From positions 1-49,609 of the forward strand of contig CAVPXM010000029.1 of the NCBI GenBank assembly GCA_963709405.1: a DNA stretch of 49,609 nt. The letters are read 5' to 3'. Made by a program: the position numbers and the translations under genes. Under the pieces are notes generated by a model, which did no database searches, was not told the origin of the DNA, and saw nothing but the letters and a program-made list of their open reading frames with translations. Shown here piece by piece: positions 40,503-49,609 of the stretch (its first letter is position 1; each line of letters starts with the position of its first letter). Source of the DNA: an uncultured Nitrososphaerales archaeon. Its GTDB lineage: Archaea > Thermoproteota > Nitrososphaeria > Nitrososphaerales > Nitrososphaeraceae.

Positions 40503-41744
40503 TCACTCTTCATTCTTTTTGTTTTTATTATCTTGTGGTATCCCTGGCAGTGCACCAGACTCTATCAATTCTTTTAATTTCCTTACTATCTTGTTTATGC
40601 CTTTATCTTCTGCAACAGTATTCTGCAGTTTCTCACGAATATCTTTTTTCTTCTCCTCAGTCTGCAATAGTCCTTTAACCTCTGCTAGTTCATCATCTTG
40701 TATGGTTTTCCATTTATCACTATATGCAAACTTTACAAATTCATTGAGATAATCCATAATCTCAGTCATTTCATCAGGGTGGTAATCTTGTGGCTCTGGT
40801 TCGTCAATTACATTGGTGTAGTCTCTTGGCTCGGTAAACACTTCCTCTAATCTATGTACAATATATTTCCATAATGCCTCTGCTCCAACTGCTGCAACTA
40901 TAGAATCTAACTCGATTCTATACGTCTGCAGATATTCATCATATTTCCAAATCTTACGGTATTCAGGCGTATACTCTTCCAATAATTCCTTTTCTGTTAG
41001 ATCTGGATAACCATTTTGCTGCAGCCATTTCACGGTACTTTTGTCAACGCCGAGCCTAGGGATATTTAACCCCCTTTCTTTTAGTGCATCAGGTGCCTCT
41101 CTACCTCTGAGATCGTCATCATATAATGTTGACACATTTATTCCATTTGCGTGTGCACTCTCGGCTAGGTCTTTAGCATAATCTACAAGCATTCCACCTG
41201 TAGCAACTAGTGCAATACTGTATCTTGCCGCATGTACGAGTAACACATCGGTTATACCTTCTTTCTCGGCAACAACCATATCCGTAGTACCAAGATTGGC
41301 CAACTCCTTAACACTATCAAAAGTAACTGGATATTCTTGGCCCCTGAAATATAGAACGGCCCTCGCTTTGGCAACAATTCCAAGGTACTCTCTAGTTATG
41401 TTCTTTTGCTCAGGCCATAATTCTTTAATGGTTTTAGTAATAGCACCGGTTAGCCCTTTTCTAGCCGCACCCCAACCATCTTTACCATTCTTAGGCGTAA
41501 AGCCGTCCCTTAGTAGTAAGGGTCTAATACGATACCAAACACCAGATTGTGTGAGTCTGTCTCTAGTTCTGAATGAGGAATCTGCTTCAACATTCCGCTT
41601 TCTTGCTCTAAGAAAATCCTTAAGGTATGATACATATTCACCACGTTCTGCAGCCTGTACTCCACCCACCTGAATATTGACTAGCAGCTGGATTCGTACG
41701 AATTGAAGGCATTTTATATGCCAACTCAGAAACGACCTTTGCAA
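40503..41744 (-). CDS. Type IIB topoisomerase (Topo VIII-like) A part: winged helix plus TOPRIM
   Basis: QSGVWYRIRP (candidate catalytic Tyr), VVAEKEG, VATGG, LYDDDLRG (DxD) and RIELDSI. Probably continuous with the upstream ORF through a frameshift. Confidence 0.8.
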   Translation of the reverse strand: MQRSFLSWHIKCLQFVRIQLLVNIQVGGVQAAERGEYVSYLKDFLRARKRNVEADSSFRTRDRLTQSGVWYRIRPLLLRDGFTPKNGKDGWGAARKGLTGAITKTIKELWPEQKNITREYLGIVAKARAVLYFRGQEYPVTFDSVKELANLGTTDMVVAEKEGITDVLLVHAARYSIALVATGGMLVDYAKDLAESAHANGINVSTLYDDDLRGREAPDALKERGLNIPRLGVDKSTVKWLQQNGYPDLTEKELLEEYTPEYRKIWKYDEYLQTYRIELDSIVAAVGAEALWKYIVHRLEEVFTEPRDYTNVIDEPEPQDYHPDEMTEIMDYLNEFVKFAYSDKWKTIQDDELAEVKGLLQTEEKKKDIREKLQNTVAEDKGINKIVRKLKELIESGALPGIPQDNKNKKNEE

Positions 41745-42486
41745 TTACAACTTGATATGGAGCAAGATTAATGTGAGTCTTACCTGCTGAACCCATCCAG
41801 TCAGGACATGGCGTTATCAAGTTTACAAATATAACACACGGTGCTTTCTTCCAACCTGCATTACCTTCACTATTAAATCCACATTCACTAAGCATACCTC
41901 TAATATTCCGGGCCTCTCGTAAAATTCCCTCTTTATTTGTCCATGCATATGTTCCACCATCGAAGAATGTCTCTCCTCCATCTACACCTGGAGCAGAGTT
42001 AACAGATGCAATGATCTCAATTTGTTTAACACCATACTGTATTTTTCTAGGAGCTATGGCAACCTCAATTATAGGATTAAAGATTTGTGAACTAAATCGA
42101 TCCTGTTCTTTAGGCGATGGCCATTGATAAACAATAACCCTTGCACGTGCAACACTGCTATCAACATTATAATCCTGTGCTAGTTCGTCTATTAATTCCT
42201 GCTCTCGCTGCTTCTTACTATACGGCAACTTTGGAGATTCTGGCTCCATCCTGGTTCTTAACTCTCTGAATAGATCTAGAATTTCTTTTGTCTTATCTGC
42301 TAAATGTCGTACTGTCATTGTCTTGAACTCTTTTGGTAGTACCTTCAATTCTCTGAAAGTTCCTAGTGCTTCAGGTACGCCTATATTTTTGTCAGTAATC
42401 GTTTTGATGTACTCTACAAATTTGTTAGGCTTATAATAGTAGATACTTGATTGTGTCATCTCGTACTTGCTAACCCCTTCCCTCAA
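41638..42486 (-). CDS. Type IIB topoisomerase (Topo VIII-like) middle part: H2TH/transducer
   Basis: SSIYYY, ASVNSAP and IFVNLITPCPDWMGSAGKTHI (transducer GK motif). Confidence 0.7.
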   Translation of the reverse strand: MREGVSKYEMTQSSIYYYKPNKFVEYIKTITDKNIGVPEALGTFRELKVLPKEFKTMTVRHLADKTKEILDLFRELRTRMEPESPKLPYSKKQREQELIDELAQDYNVDSSVARARVIVYQWPSPKEQDRFSSQIFNPIIEVAIAPRKIQYGVKQIEIIASVNSAPGVDGGETFFDGGTYAWTNKEGILREARNIRGMLSECGFNSEGNAGWKKAPCVIFVNLITPCPDWMGSAGKTHINLAPYQVVIAKVVSELAYKMPSIRTNPAASQYSGGWSTGCRTW

Positions 42487-43339
42487 TTACAAAGTCTATA
42501 TTAGTCGTTCCTCTTTTGCCGAACCTGAATGTTTTAAAATATTGTTCTAGATCGTCAAGCAATGGCAATTGTGAACTTCCGTTATAGTAGGTTGAATTGT
42601 AGCATTGTGATTTTGTTACCGGTAAAGTAGCACAAACCTCCGTGTAGTTTACAGCATTAGAAGTAAATGGCCCTTCGATTCTTGTCCCTACACTAATATT
42701 ACTATCGACTACAATAAAGATCTTGTATTCCTGACCATTAAACCTGAGAATTAACGGTTCTGGCCATTGCTTGCTACTACCAAAATCGCTGTTATCATCA
42801 TTCTGAGCTACGGTTGTATCATAGCCCTCATTCCAGCTAGCATAGCCCATACCTAATACTCTTTTGAGAAAATCTCCTAGTGCACCACCAGTGCCTAAAT
42901 ACTGGTTTCTCTTCGTGCTCTGCCACTTGTCAAAATCAAATATAAAATCTAAATTCTGGAAGACCTCATGTTTATCAGGATTTGAATTTTTAACTGCTAT
43001 GCGAAGTAGTCTAATATCTTCATTATCAAGAATATTATCGAGCCTTACATTTGCCCTAATGAATCTGTCCTCTTTAGAGTAGGACTCTGGAGGGTAGTAG
43101 ACTCTTAGAGAGTCCCATGCATTAGTTAATAACTCTTTTTCAGCGATCTTGGGCCAGGCTTTCTGCTCCCATGATATTTCTGATACTATACCGCTAAGAG
43201 TAGTATATCGTGATATTTGTCTGACTGTCGTGAAAACTGGTTTTCGTACTATTGGTGTTGGTTTATTCTCTATTTTCCTTTCTCCCCCTTTCCCAATGAT
43301 TGAGGAAGGGGTAAGAGTTTTCTTGTCCTTATTCGCAAT
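42470..43339 (-). CDS. Type IIB topoisomerase (Topo VIII-like) GHKL ATPase part, extending well upstream of the ORF-track start
   Basis: The frame is open to ~43351 and reads WPKIAEKELLTNAWD (N-box), VKNSN, STKRNQY..TGGALGDFLK and YTEV. No ATG/GTG/TTG occurs before 42850; ATT at 43339 is the candidate start. Confidence 0.78.
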   Translation of the reverse strand: MANKDKKTLTPSSIIGKGGERKIENKPTPIVRKPVFTTVRQISRYTTLSGIVSEISWEQKAWPKIAEKELLTNAWDSLRVYYPPESYSKEDRFIRANVRLDNILDNEDIRLLRIAVKNSNPDKHEVFQNLDFIFDFDKWQSTKRNQYLGTGGALGDFLKRVLGMGYASWNEGYDTTVAQNDDNSDFGSSKQWPEPLILRFNGQEYKIFIVVDSNISVGTRIEGPFTSNAVNYTEVCATLPVTKSQCYNSTYYNGSSQLPLLDDLEQYFKTFRFGKRGTTNIDFVIEGRG

Positions 43340-43425
43340 GCGTTTGTTTGTCTATTTGTGCTATGTCGAAAATCAATCAATATTGTTATTATCGATACAC
43401 TCCTGATTGTTATTTTGTGGTTTAT

Positions 43426-43878
43426 CTAAACCATCAAACTGTCACGGTCAGATGCATCGTCTTTTCTAAGGCCATCTAGATAGATGAGTATATCATCCAG
43501 TTTCATGTCTCTGAAAGACTTGTGGTTCAGAGTATTTGATAGAAGAACTAAAGTTGATATCATATTAAGTTTGTAAGTATCAGAAATATTGATTTCTGTC
43601 TTTTGTGTTAGAATGAAGTTTACGATAGTCAGCGCATTTTCCGAGGAGAGGTAACATAAATCTGTTAGTTGCTTGGACACGTATTCTGGCAGTCCGGTGG
43701 TTACTAGATCTATTTTTCTGAGGACTATTTCATTATCAGGCTGCAGGTCGTCGAGTGGATGTTCAACTATTTCAGAGGATGAAGTCGTTTTTACTCTTGT
43801 TTTTAACTTTGAGCAAGGAGGTTTTGTTAATGATGACTCTTCTGAGGATACAGTTATCATTTGTCTTTTCTCGAGCAA
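43426..43878 (-). pseudogene. N-terminal SAM-like fragment of a tyrosine integrase
   Basis: ENALTIVNFI..KTEINISD.Y..K.F.DM..DDIL.YLD.LRK matches recalled thaumarchaeal integrase N-termini. Catalytic domain absent. Confidence 0.7.
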
Positions 43879-43940
43879 TTATGATATTACCTCAAGAATA
43901 AAATACATTCTGTTACGCATTATTCTATAGGTAGAATAAG

Positions 43941-43961
43941 GATAAAGTATACTACTTTATC
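43941..43961. promoter_or_regulatory. Palindrome with 9-bp arms between divergent genes
   Basis: GATAAAGTA-TAC-TACTTTATC ends immediately before ATG 43962. Confidence 0.55.
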
Positions 43962-44771
43962 ATGAAACAAAAGAAGTTTAATGATAAGAGAAGAAATATC
44001 AGTAATACTAGGAATAAGCGAACAGCTTCTTCTGCTGCTTACAAGCGAATCAAGCGAGCTACTAAAGACCATCAAAAAAGTAATTATGATAATCAAACTG
44101 ATAATAAGGAGAATAATAGAAATATAGATATGAGCATGGGACTAGGAGAAGAGAAAAAATTAAAGGGTAAAACGGATCAAAAGGAAGAGAAACCCTCGTC
44201 ATCATCAGAAGCAATCACAACACCATCATCACCACTACCTACATTATCAACAGTTCAACCAGAGGTATTTGATTCGTATAGATATAATGCTATGTCAGAA
44301 ACGAAAGAAACGGCAGATATGGGGCCAGATAATTCAAGTAAAGTATTCTCGCAAGTGGAAGAAAAACAACAGCTAGATCCTTCGACAATAAGTAGCAACG
44401 ATGGCGTTAAAAAAACCGAACCTGAAAATAGTCTAAACACAAATCCGGATACCACTAGCTTCCCTATGGCAAATCCGACTTTAGAAGAAAGAGATCGTAA
44501 CGTAATGAAATTAAAAAAAGAGGATGTAGTGTCGAAGCTGGATGTAAAACAAGACATTACTCAGGTTCACGAAGAATCGGAAAAACAAGATCATTTGGGC
44601 GAATCAGTTAGGTTTTATGATAGCGAGAATAAAGAATCTTATTCTAATTCACCCAACTATGATAACAATCCATTCGTTTCCGTAATAAAATTATGGCAAT
44701 CTTATAACGTTGCATGGATTAATGGATATAATGAATTTATGAATGCTTGGATGGGTATGATTAAAAGTTAA
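43962..44771 (+). CDS. Hypothetical, largely disordered protein with C-terminal amphipathic helix
   Basis: K/N/S/E-rich 269-aa ORF ending in NPF..IKLWQSY..AWIN.YNEFMNAW. Confidence 0.65.
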   Translation: MKQKKFNDKRRNISNTRNKRTASSAAYKRIKRATKDHQKSNYDNQTDNKENNRNIDMSMGLGEEKKLKGKTDQKEEKPSSSSEAITTPSSPLPTLSTVQPEVFDSYRYNAMSETKETADMGPDNSSKVFSQVEEKQQLDPSTISSNDGVKKTEPENSLNTNPDTTSFPMANPTLEERDRNVMKLKKEDVVSKLDVKQDITQVHEESEKQDHLGESVRFYDSENKESYSNSPNYDNNPFVSVIKLWQSYNVAWINGYNEFMNAWMGMIKS

Positions 44772-44849
44772 CCCAAATAGCGTATGAAGCATTTAATTCA
44801 ATATTAGGATGATAAAGTTTTGACGGAAATATAAACAACTCAATACCCG

Positions 44850-44880
44850 ATCTACTTTTTACAAAAAGTAGATATTTTTT
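44850..44880 (+). terminator. Perfect inverted repeat followed by a T-tract
   Basis: ATCTACTTTTT-AC-AAAAAGTAGAT, then ATTTTTT, downstream of ORF 43962-44771. Confidence 0.5.
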
Positions 44881-45150
44881 ACTTTTATCACGAGCCGAAT
44901 AATTCATCAAGAAACCTTTCAAACTCAATATCGCTCGTCAAATAAACATCACTAAAAAGATGATGAATCGTGCAACAAAGCGGGTATTGATTCTAAATTG
45001 CCGTTGCCATCACAGGCAGGAAATATTGCATACGGGAGGCTGTTTATAGTTGAATATATGGATACACACCAAAAATATGTGTCACGTATGGACAGTTGGG
45101 AGGAATTCTAGCGAATAACCGAGTACAATGCGTATTCGATTTACATGGGG

Positions 45151-45567
45151 TCATTTGTTTAATTCTAGCTTTACTATGTTTACTAAATCAAATAGTGTAA
45201 TTGGTTTTGGAATAAAACATTTTACATCCTGAGCCAATGTTTGAATTTGCATCCTTAACTCTTCACTATACATCTCGGAAGCAGTCAGAAAACAGACTTT
45301 CACTTTATCGTCTACCTTTCTTATTTCTCGATATAATTCAATACCATTCATATTCGGCATATTTATGTCTTGTAGTATCAGATCGTAAAAATCAGGTTTA
45401 AAATTTGATAATGCAAAAACAGAATCGTTAAAGATATCAACTACAAAGCCATCATCTTCTAGAGCGATTCCGAAGACAGAAGTATTATCAGGCTCGTTAT
45501 CTACAAGTAAGATTCTATTATTATTATTATTATTATTCTTATTCTAGTAATGATGGGAGTTCTTCAT
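45151..45567 (-). pseudogene. Response regulator receiver with an in-frame TAG at codon 8
   Basis: RILLVDNEPD..YDLILQDINMP..FLTA..KP in frame with ATG 45567. TAG at 45546-45544. Confidence 0.8.
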
Positions 45568-45588
45568 TAATCCTCTTTACAAAGTCAT

Positions 45589-45801
45589 CTATTTCAATAG
45601 GTTTTTAATGAAATATTTCAAATAGCTATTATAGTTATTCTCGGCTGCGAGAGAAAAAGAGTGTGATAATGATGGTAGATTTATCCTGTCCTTAAATTCC
45701 TCTAGCTGTAAATCGAAGGCGGTAGTAAAAAACACATTTACTTTATCATCTAATTTTCTTATTTCTCGATATAATTCAAAGCCGTCCATCTTAGGCATAG
45801 C
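45589..45801 (-). pseudogene. Response regulator receiver, C-terminal fragment
   Basis: MPKMDGFELYREIRKLDDKVNVFFTTA. Confidence 0.75.
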
Positions 45802-45837
45802 ATGACTTCTCATATTGGACATAGAACTTTATAACCT

Positions 45838-46487
45838 CATTGCGAATCTCCGTTATCGTTATTATAGAAATCATTCATATTTTTGTATCTATTATTTATA
45901 TTGTTACTTAGTGGAAGACTGAAACAAAAGATAGCTCCCTTTTTTCCGTTCGAGTTAATATTTTCGGCCCATATCTTACCACCATGAGCTTCAATAATGC
46001 TTTTTGATATAAATAATCCTAAACCAGTCCCGCTTTAGGATTTGGTGGCAAATTTTGAAAATAATTTGGGAAATATTTCTGGATTTATCCCAGTACCTGT
46101 ATCTGTATCTTTAACGCTAATCACAACCTCCTTCTTATTGTCGTTATCATTATCGTCACCAAACTTTTCTGGTTCTGATAGTACACTAACCGCCACATTT
46201 CCAGATGTTGTCGTGGTAGCTATTTCTTTGGCGAATTTAATAGCATTATCTACTAAATTGGAGATGACCTGAGTTTCTACTGCACATGCTAGCGAATCAT
46301 TTGCATTTTTTAGTTGTGCAGTTCTTGCGACTACCGTTTTCTCTAATTGTTTATTCCATGAGAATACAAGAAATGCAATGATTAATGCTACTATTCCTAT
46401 AATTATCACTACCAATGTAGTAAAGTATTTCAGTTGATCAATTAATGTACCTACGTCACTTGCTAGGTACATTAACCTACTAAGCAA
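45838..46487 (-). pseudogene. Membrane histidine kinase remnant, HisKA deleted, internal stop at 46035
   Basis: A TM helix joins directly to QVISNLVDNAIKF. After the TAA the frame continues [24 protein letters not shown]. Confidence 0.85.
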
Positions 46488-46700
46488 AGGATCGCTGGTA
46501 AATTGCTATAAAATATGGATAATCTGACATCATGATTGAGCCCTTTCGGTTAAGTTTGCCACCTGTGAAACGTGGGATGACAAGTAGTCATTTTCTACTT
46601 CACTTATGGACTATACGTTTGATCACTAGTTATGAAAGTAGATCTCGTATTTGAATCATATGTGGATAGATAAATAAGTAATGACTATCTCGAACTGCTG

Positions 46701-47754
46701 CTACTGGCTACGAATGGCACTTCTACGATTACGAAATATTCCACTCCATCTTTTTGGTGAAGGTTTTGCTGTTGAGGAGGAATGAGGAACAATTGATATT
46801 CTATCCATAGTTGGAATTTTAGAACGCATTTCAGTCGCTATCTCGATCGACAACAACTCAACTTCTGCCAAGGGCTTGCTGCCATCAATTTCTATATGTA
46901 CTTCAGCTTGCGTTACCAGACCGGTAGGACGGAGCAATACTGACCTAACTATGATCTGCTCGTAGCTGAATTTCTCTTCGATGGTCCTCTTGACAATTTC
47001 TGTAACCTTGGGATCTTGCCACGAATCTACAAGTATAAGAGATGAACGTTTGAGTGATACGTAGGAGACAGAAAAAACGTACCCGGCGATTATCATACCA
47101 CCTATAGCATCTGCTTGTAAGAATCCCAGCTGAGAGGCTATCACGACACTAATAAAACCAATGACTGAAGCAGAACCATCTTTTATTGAATTTTTGGCAT
47201 CAGTTTTTAATGAGAGTATGTCATATTTGTTCGCGATAGTTCTCATTTGAAATGCTCTGTATAGAGAGATACCAGCCGCAGGCAGCTAGGACAATCATAG
47301 TCAAAATAGGCTGCCGAATTTCTCTTGGTTGTATTAGGGCCTCATAAGAGTGATAAAAGATAATACCACCAATTATAACCATTCCTATTGCTGCCATAAG
47401 TGCTGCGAAGCTTTCAACTTTATGATATCCAAAATGGAAGGTCTTATCTGCAGGTCTGTGTGCAATTCTCAGCCCTAATAATACTATGAAAGATATCATT
47501 GCATCAGACAAGGAATCAGTTCCATCTGCTGTGGCAACAGCACTACCGCTAACATATCCGGTAACAAGTTCTACAATACCGATACTTATTAAAGTGATAA
47601 CTGAAATTTTGGCAATCCTCTGACCTGCTAGGATCCCTTCATTTATCAAACTAGAAGTTGAAGTCGCAGATCCTGTATTCGTGAGAGGTTTAGAACCATC
47701 ATTTATATGTTCTCTAGTTATTTCGTTATCATCATCCAATACTACGATATACAA
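46701..47754 (-). pseudogene. Cation diffusion facilitator (FieF-like) transporter, frameshifted near 47275
   Basis: ADG.DS.SD, PAD..FHFGY.KVE and SLKTDAKN..KD motifs split over two frames. Confidence 0.88.
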
Positions 47755-48233
47755 TAATCATTCGTATCGGTCATATTTAAGATTTGAATCTAAATGCCAG
47801 TATAAGAAATTTAACTTGTACATAAAACATTCTGGTCTTTTTCGAGGCTTTTCAGCCAATAAACGTCATTGTGTTTTAAGAATTAATCGCCTAAATATCT
47901 GCTAGAGTTGTGAAAACTTTTGAAATAGCTACAGAATATAGTCAAAAAGTATATAAAAAATGTAGATCTTTTATTACTTATAAATAATTTAGATAATTAC
48001 TAGATATTTAAAAATATATCTGAGAACTGAAAGAAATAGACCTTTTTTGTAGCAACTTAATACCAAACTCATGAAAATGTAGTGAATTATGATGCCAAAT
48101 GCCACTAGAATGAAAAAAACTATAATAATACTGGATTCATCGAGCACGGTCTTATGTGGAGATCAAATACGCTCGTACATAAGTTAATATAGTTATTCTC
48201 AATAATAAAGATAAGTTCAAAAAGGCAAACCTT

Positions 48234-48623
48234 ATGGAAGAAGAACGTAATAGCGACCAATCAGATGATGATTCGGATAGTCACGGCAATTATAAAGATC
48301 AAAACAAGTTGAATAAATGCGAAACATTGGACGAAGGTACATTTGCTTTTATGCATTGGTTGAATTCCGATGATAAGAAGTCATTAGCTTCTACTGGTAA
48401 CCCCATAGTGCTGTTGAAATTTGTTAATGATGTCCATACCATCCTATATGATACATATCTACGTGCAGAGATAGACGTTGAAATAAACAAAGGCATTCCT
48501 TATTGTAAATACTGTAAGGAAGGTGATTGTGCTCATGTAGGGTTCGCCATCTGCATAGAGCAATTATATGGTCATCGTAGAAGCGGAACAGGTGATACAG
48601 TAGAGGATATTATAGAAATCTAG
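48234..48623 (+). CDS. Hypothetical protein with CxxC-x4-CxH zinc-finger-like motif
   Basis: YCKYCKEGDCAHVGFA. Confidence 0.65.
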   Translation: MEEERNSDQSDDDSDSHGNYKDQNKLNKCETLDEGTFAFMHWLNSDDKKSLASTGNPIVLLKFVNDVHTILYDTYLRAEIDVEINKGIPYCKYCKEGDCAHVGFAICIEQLYGHRRSGTGDTVEDIIEI

Positions 48624-48725
48624 TCAATATCAAATTTTTAGTATATTTGTTCTAATTTGAGCTATTGACATCATACTCGAAAACGAAACCTAAACCTTTT
48701 CACCTTTTCTCGAGGAGACGTAGAT

Positions 48726-49609
48726 TCAGGAGAGTGAGAAGATGTCACCGATTCCGAAATTCTTAGGATGTTCCCAAACTTGATTACATATGGAGTCATG
48801 AAAGCTGTTAGCTATAGTTACTATGCCTAATATTGGGAAGACTGAGGAAGTAATTGCTCCAACATCTTGACCAGCTTTGGCGATAATCAAGGATATCTCT
48901 CCTCTTGCCGAGGCCATTCCTAATCCTGTCCTTAGTGCTGTAATGTGGCATCATATCCCTTTGCCCTAATCAATATTGCAATAATTATCAAGAATTTGGA
49001 AGCAAATGATGTTAGAATCAGTAACATTGCTGGAACAATGAGTAAAGGAACCTGAGATAAGTTAATCAGCGCACCTATGGATATAAAAAATATTGTCCTG
49101 CAACATATCTCTTAATGGGGTTGTGATCACTCTTAGCGACATTAGCACTCTTTGATTTAGCAACCAACACTCCAGCTAGAAAAGCGCCGGTAACAACAGA
49201 TAAACCAAGTTCCTTAGCGCAAATGACAAACCAAATGCCAACCCAAGAATTACGATTAGAATCAATGCGTAGTCTTGTGTCTTTACCAATTCTATCTATT
49301 ATCGCAGGAATATACCTTGAGCCTAGGAAGAGTGGCACCTCCAATAAATGCAATAACTATTCCTAATGAAATAGAGACTTGCAGGATAGATACGTGACCT
49401 TCATTTGTGGCCACTGATTGAAAGATACCAAGAGTAGTGATAGCTATAATATCTTCTACAATAGAAATTCCTAGAATTAGAACGGTTGATTTATCCTTGA
49501 TCATGCCTACCTCTTCAAGGACTCTAATAGTTATTACCGGACCAGTAATAGACATAGTGAATGCAAGGAACAGTGAATCAAAGAATGAAAAGCCGAGTGT
49601 TTGAGCAAC
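48726..49609 (-). pseudogene. CPA2 (KefB-like) cation:proton antiporter with several frameshifts, running off the window
   Basis: ILGISIVEDI, LGLS..GAFLAGVL and RGEISLIIA motifs in different frames. Confidence 0.88.

Noticed and set aside
40503-41744. Wadjet JetD or canonical Topo VI A assignment
   Set aside because: There are no jetABC/SMC genes, and the upstream GHKL plus transducer and the motif wording fit Topo VIII better.
1-49609. CRISPR array, tRNA, rRNA, or reverse transcriptase/DGR
   Set aside because: No regularly spaced repeats with unique spacers, no cloverleaf and no RT motif seen by eye.

Overview
AT-rich archaeal accessory region. The gene families point to a soil ammonia-oxidising archaeon (Nitrososphaeraceae-like); this is inferred from recalled family membership, not a database search. 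No rRNA, tRNA or CRISPR array was seen. Intact genes include a His kinase-response regulator-class III cyclase operon, a ChuX/HutX protein, dodecin, a PQQ sugar dehydrogenase, a ParB-DNA methyltransferase fusion, a patatin, an arylsulfatase plus formylglycine-generating enzyme, and a SnoaL protein. They sit among many gene fragments and IS elements: one DDE IS with an 8-bp TSD, two 972-bp IS5 copies plus a fragment, and an IS903-like transposase. The two most notable signals are (i) a split type IIB topoisomerase (Topo VIII-like) at 40503-43339, whose GHKL N-terminus the ORF track misses, next to an integrase remnant, and (ii) a multicopy HTH/coiled-coil gene family preceded by ~10-bp-phased octamer arrays whose repeat unit differs between paralogs, possibly a single-protein partition or autoregulation module of an undescribed mobile element family.
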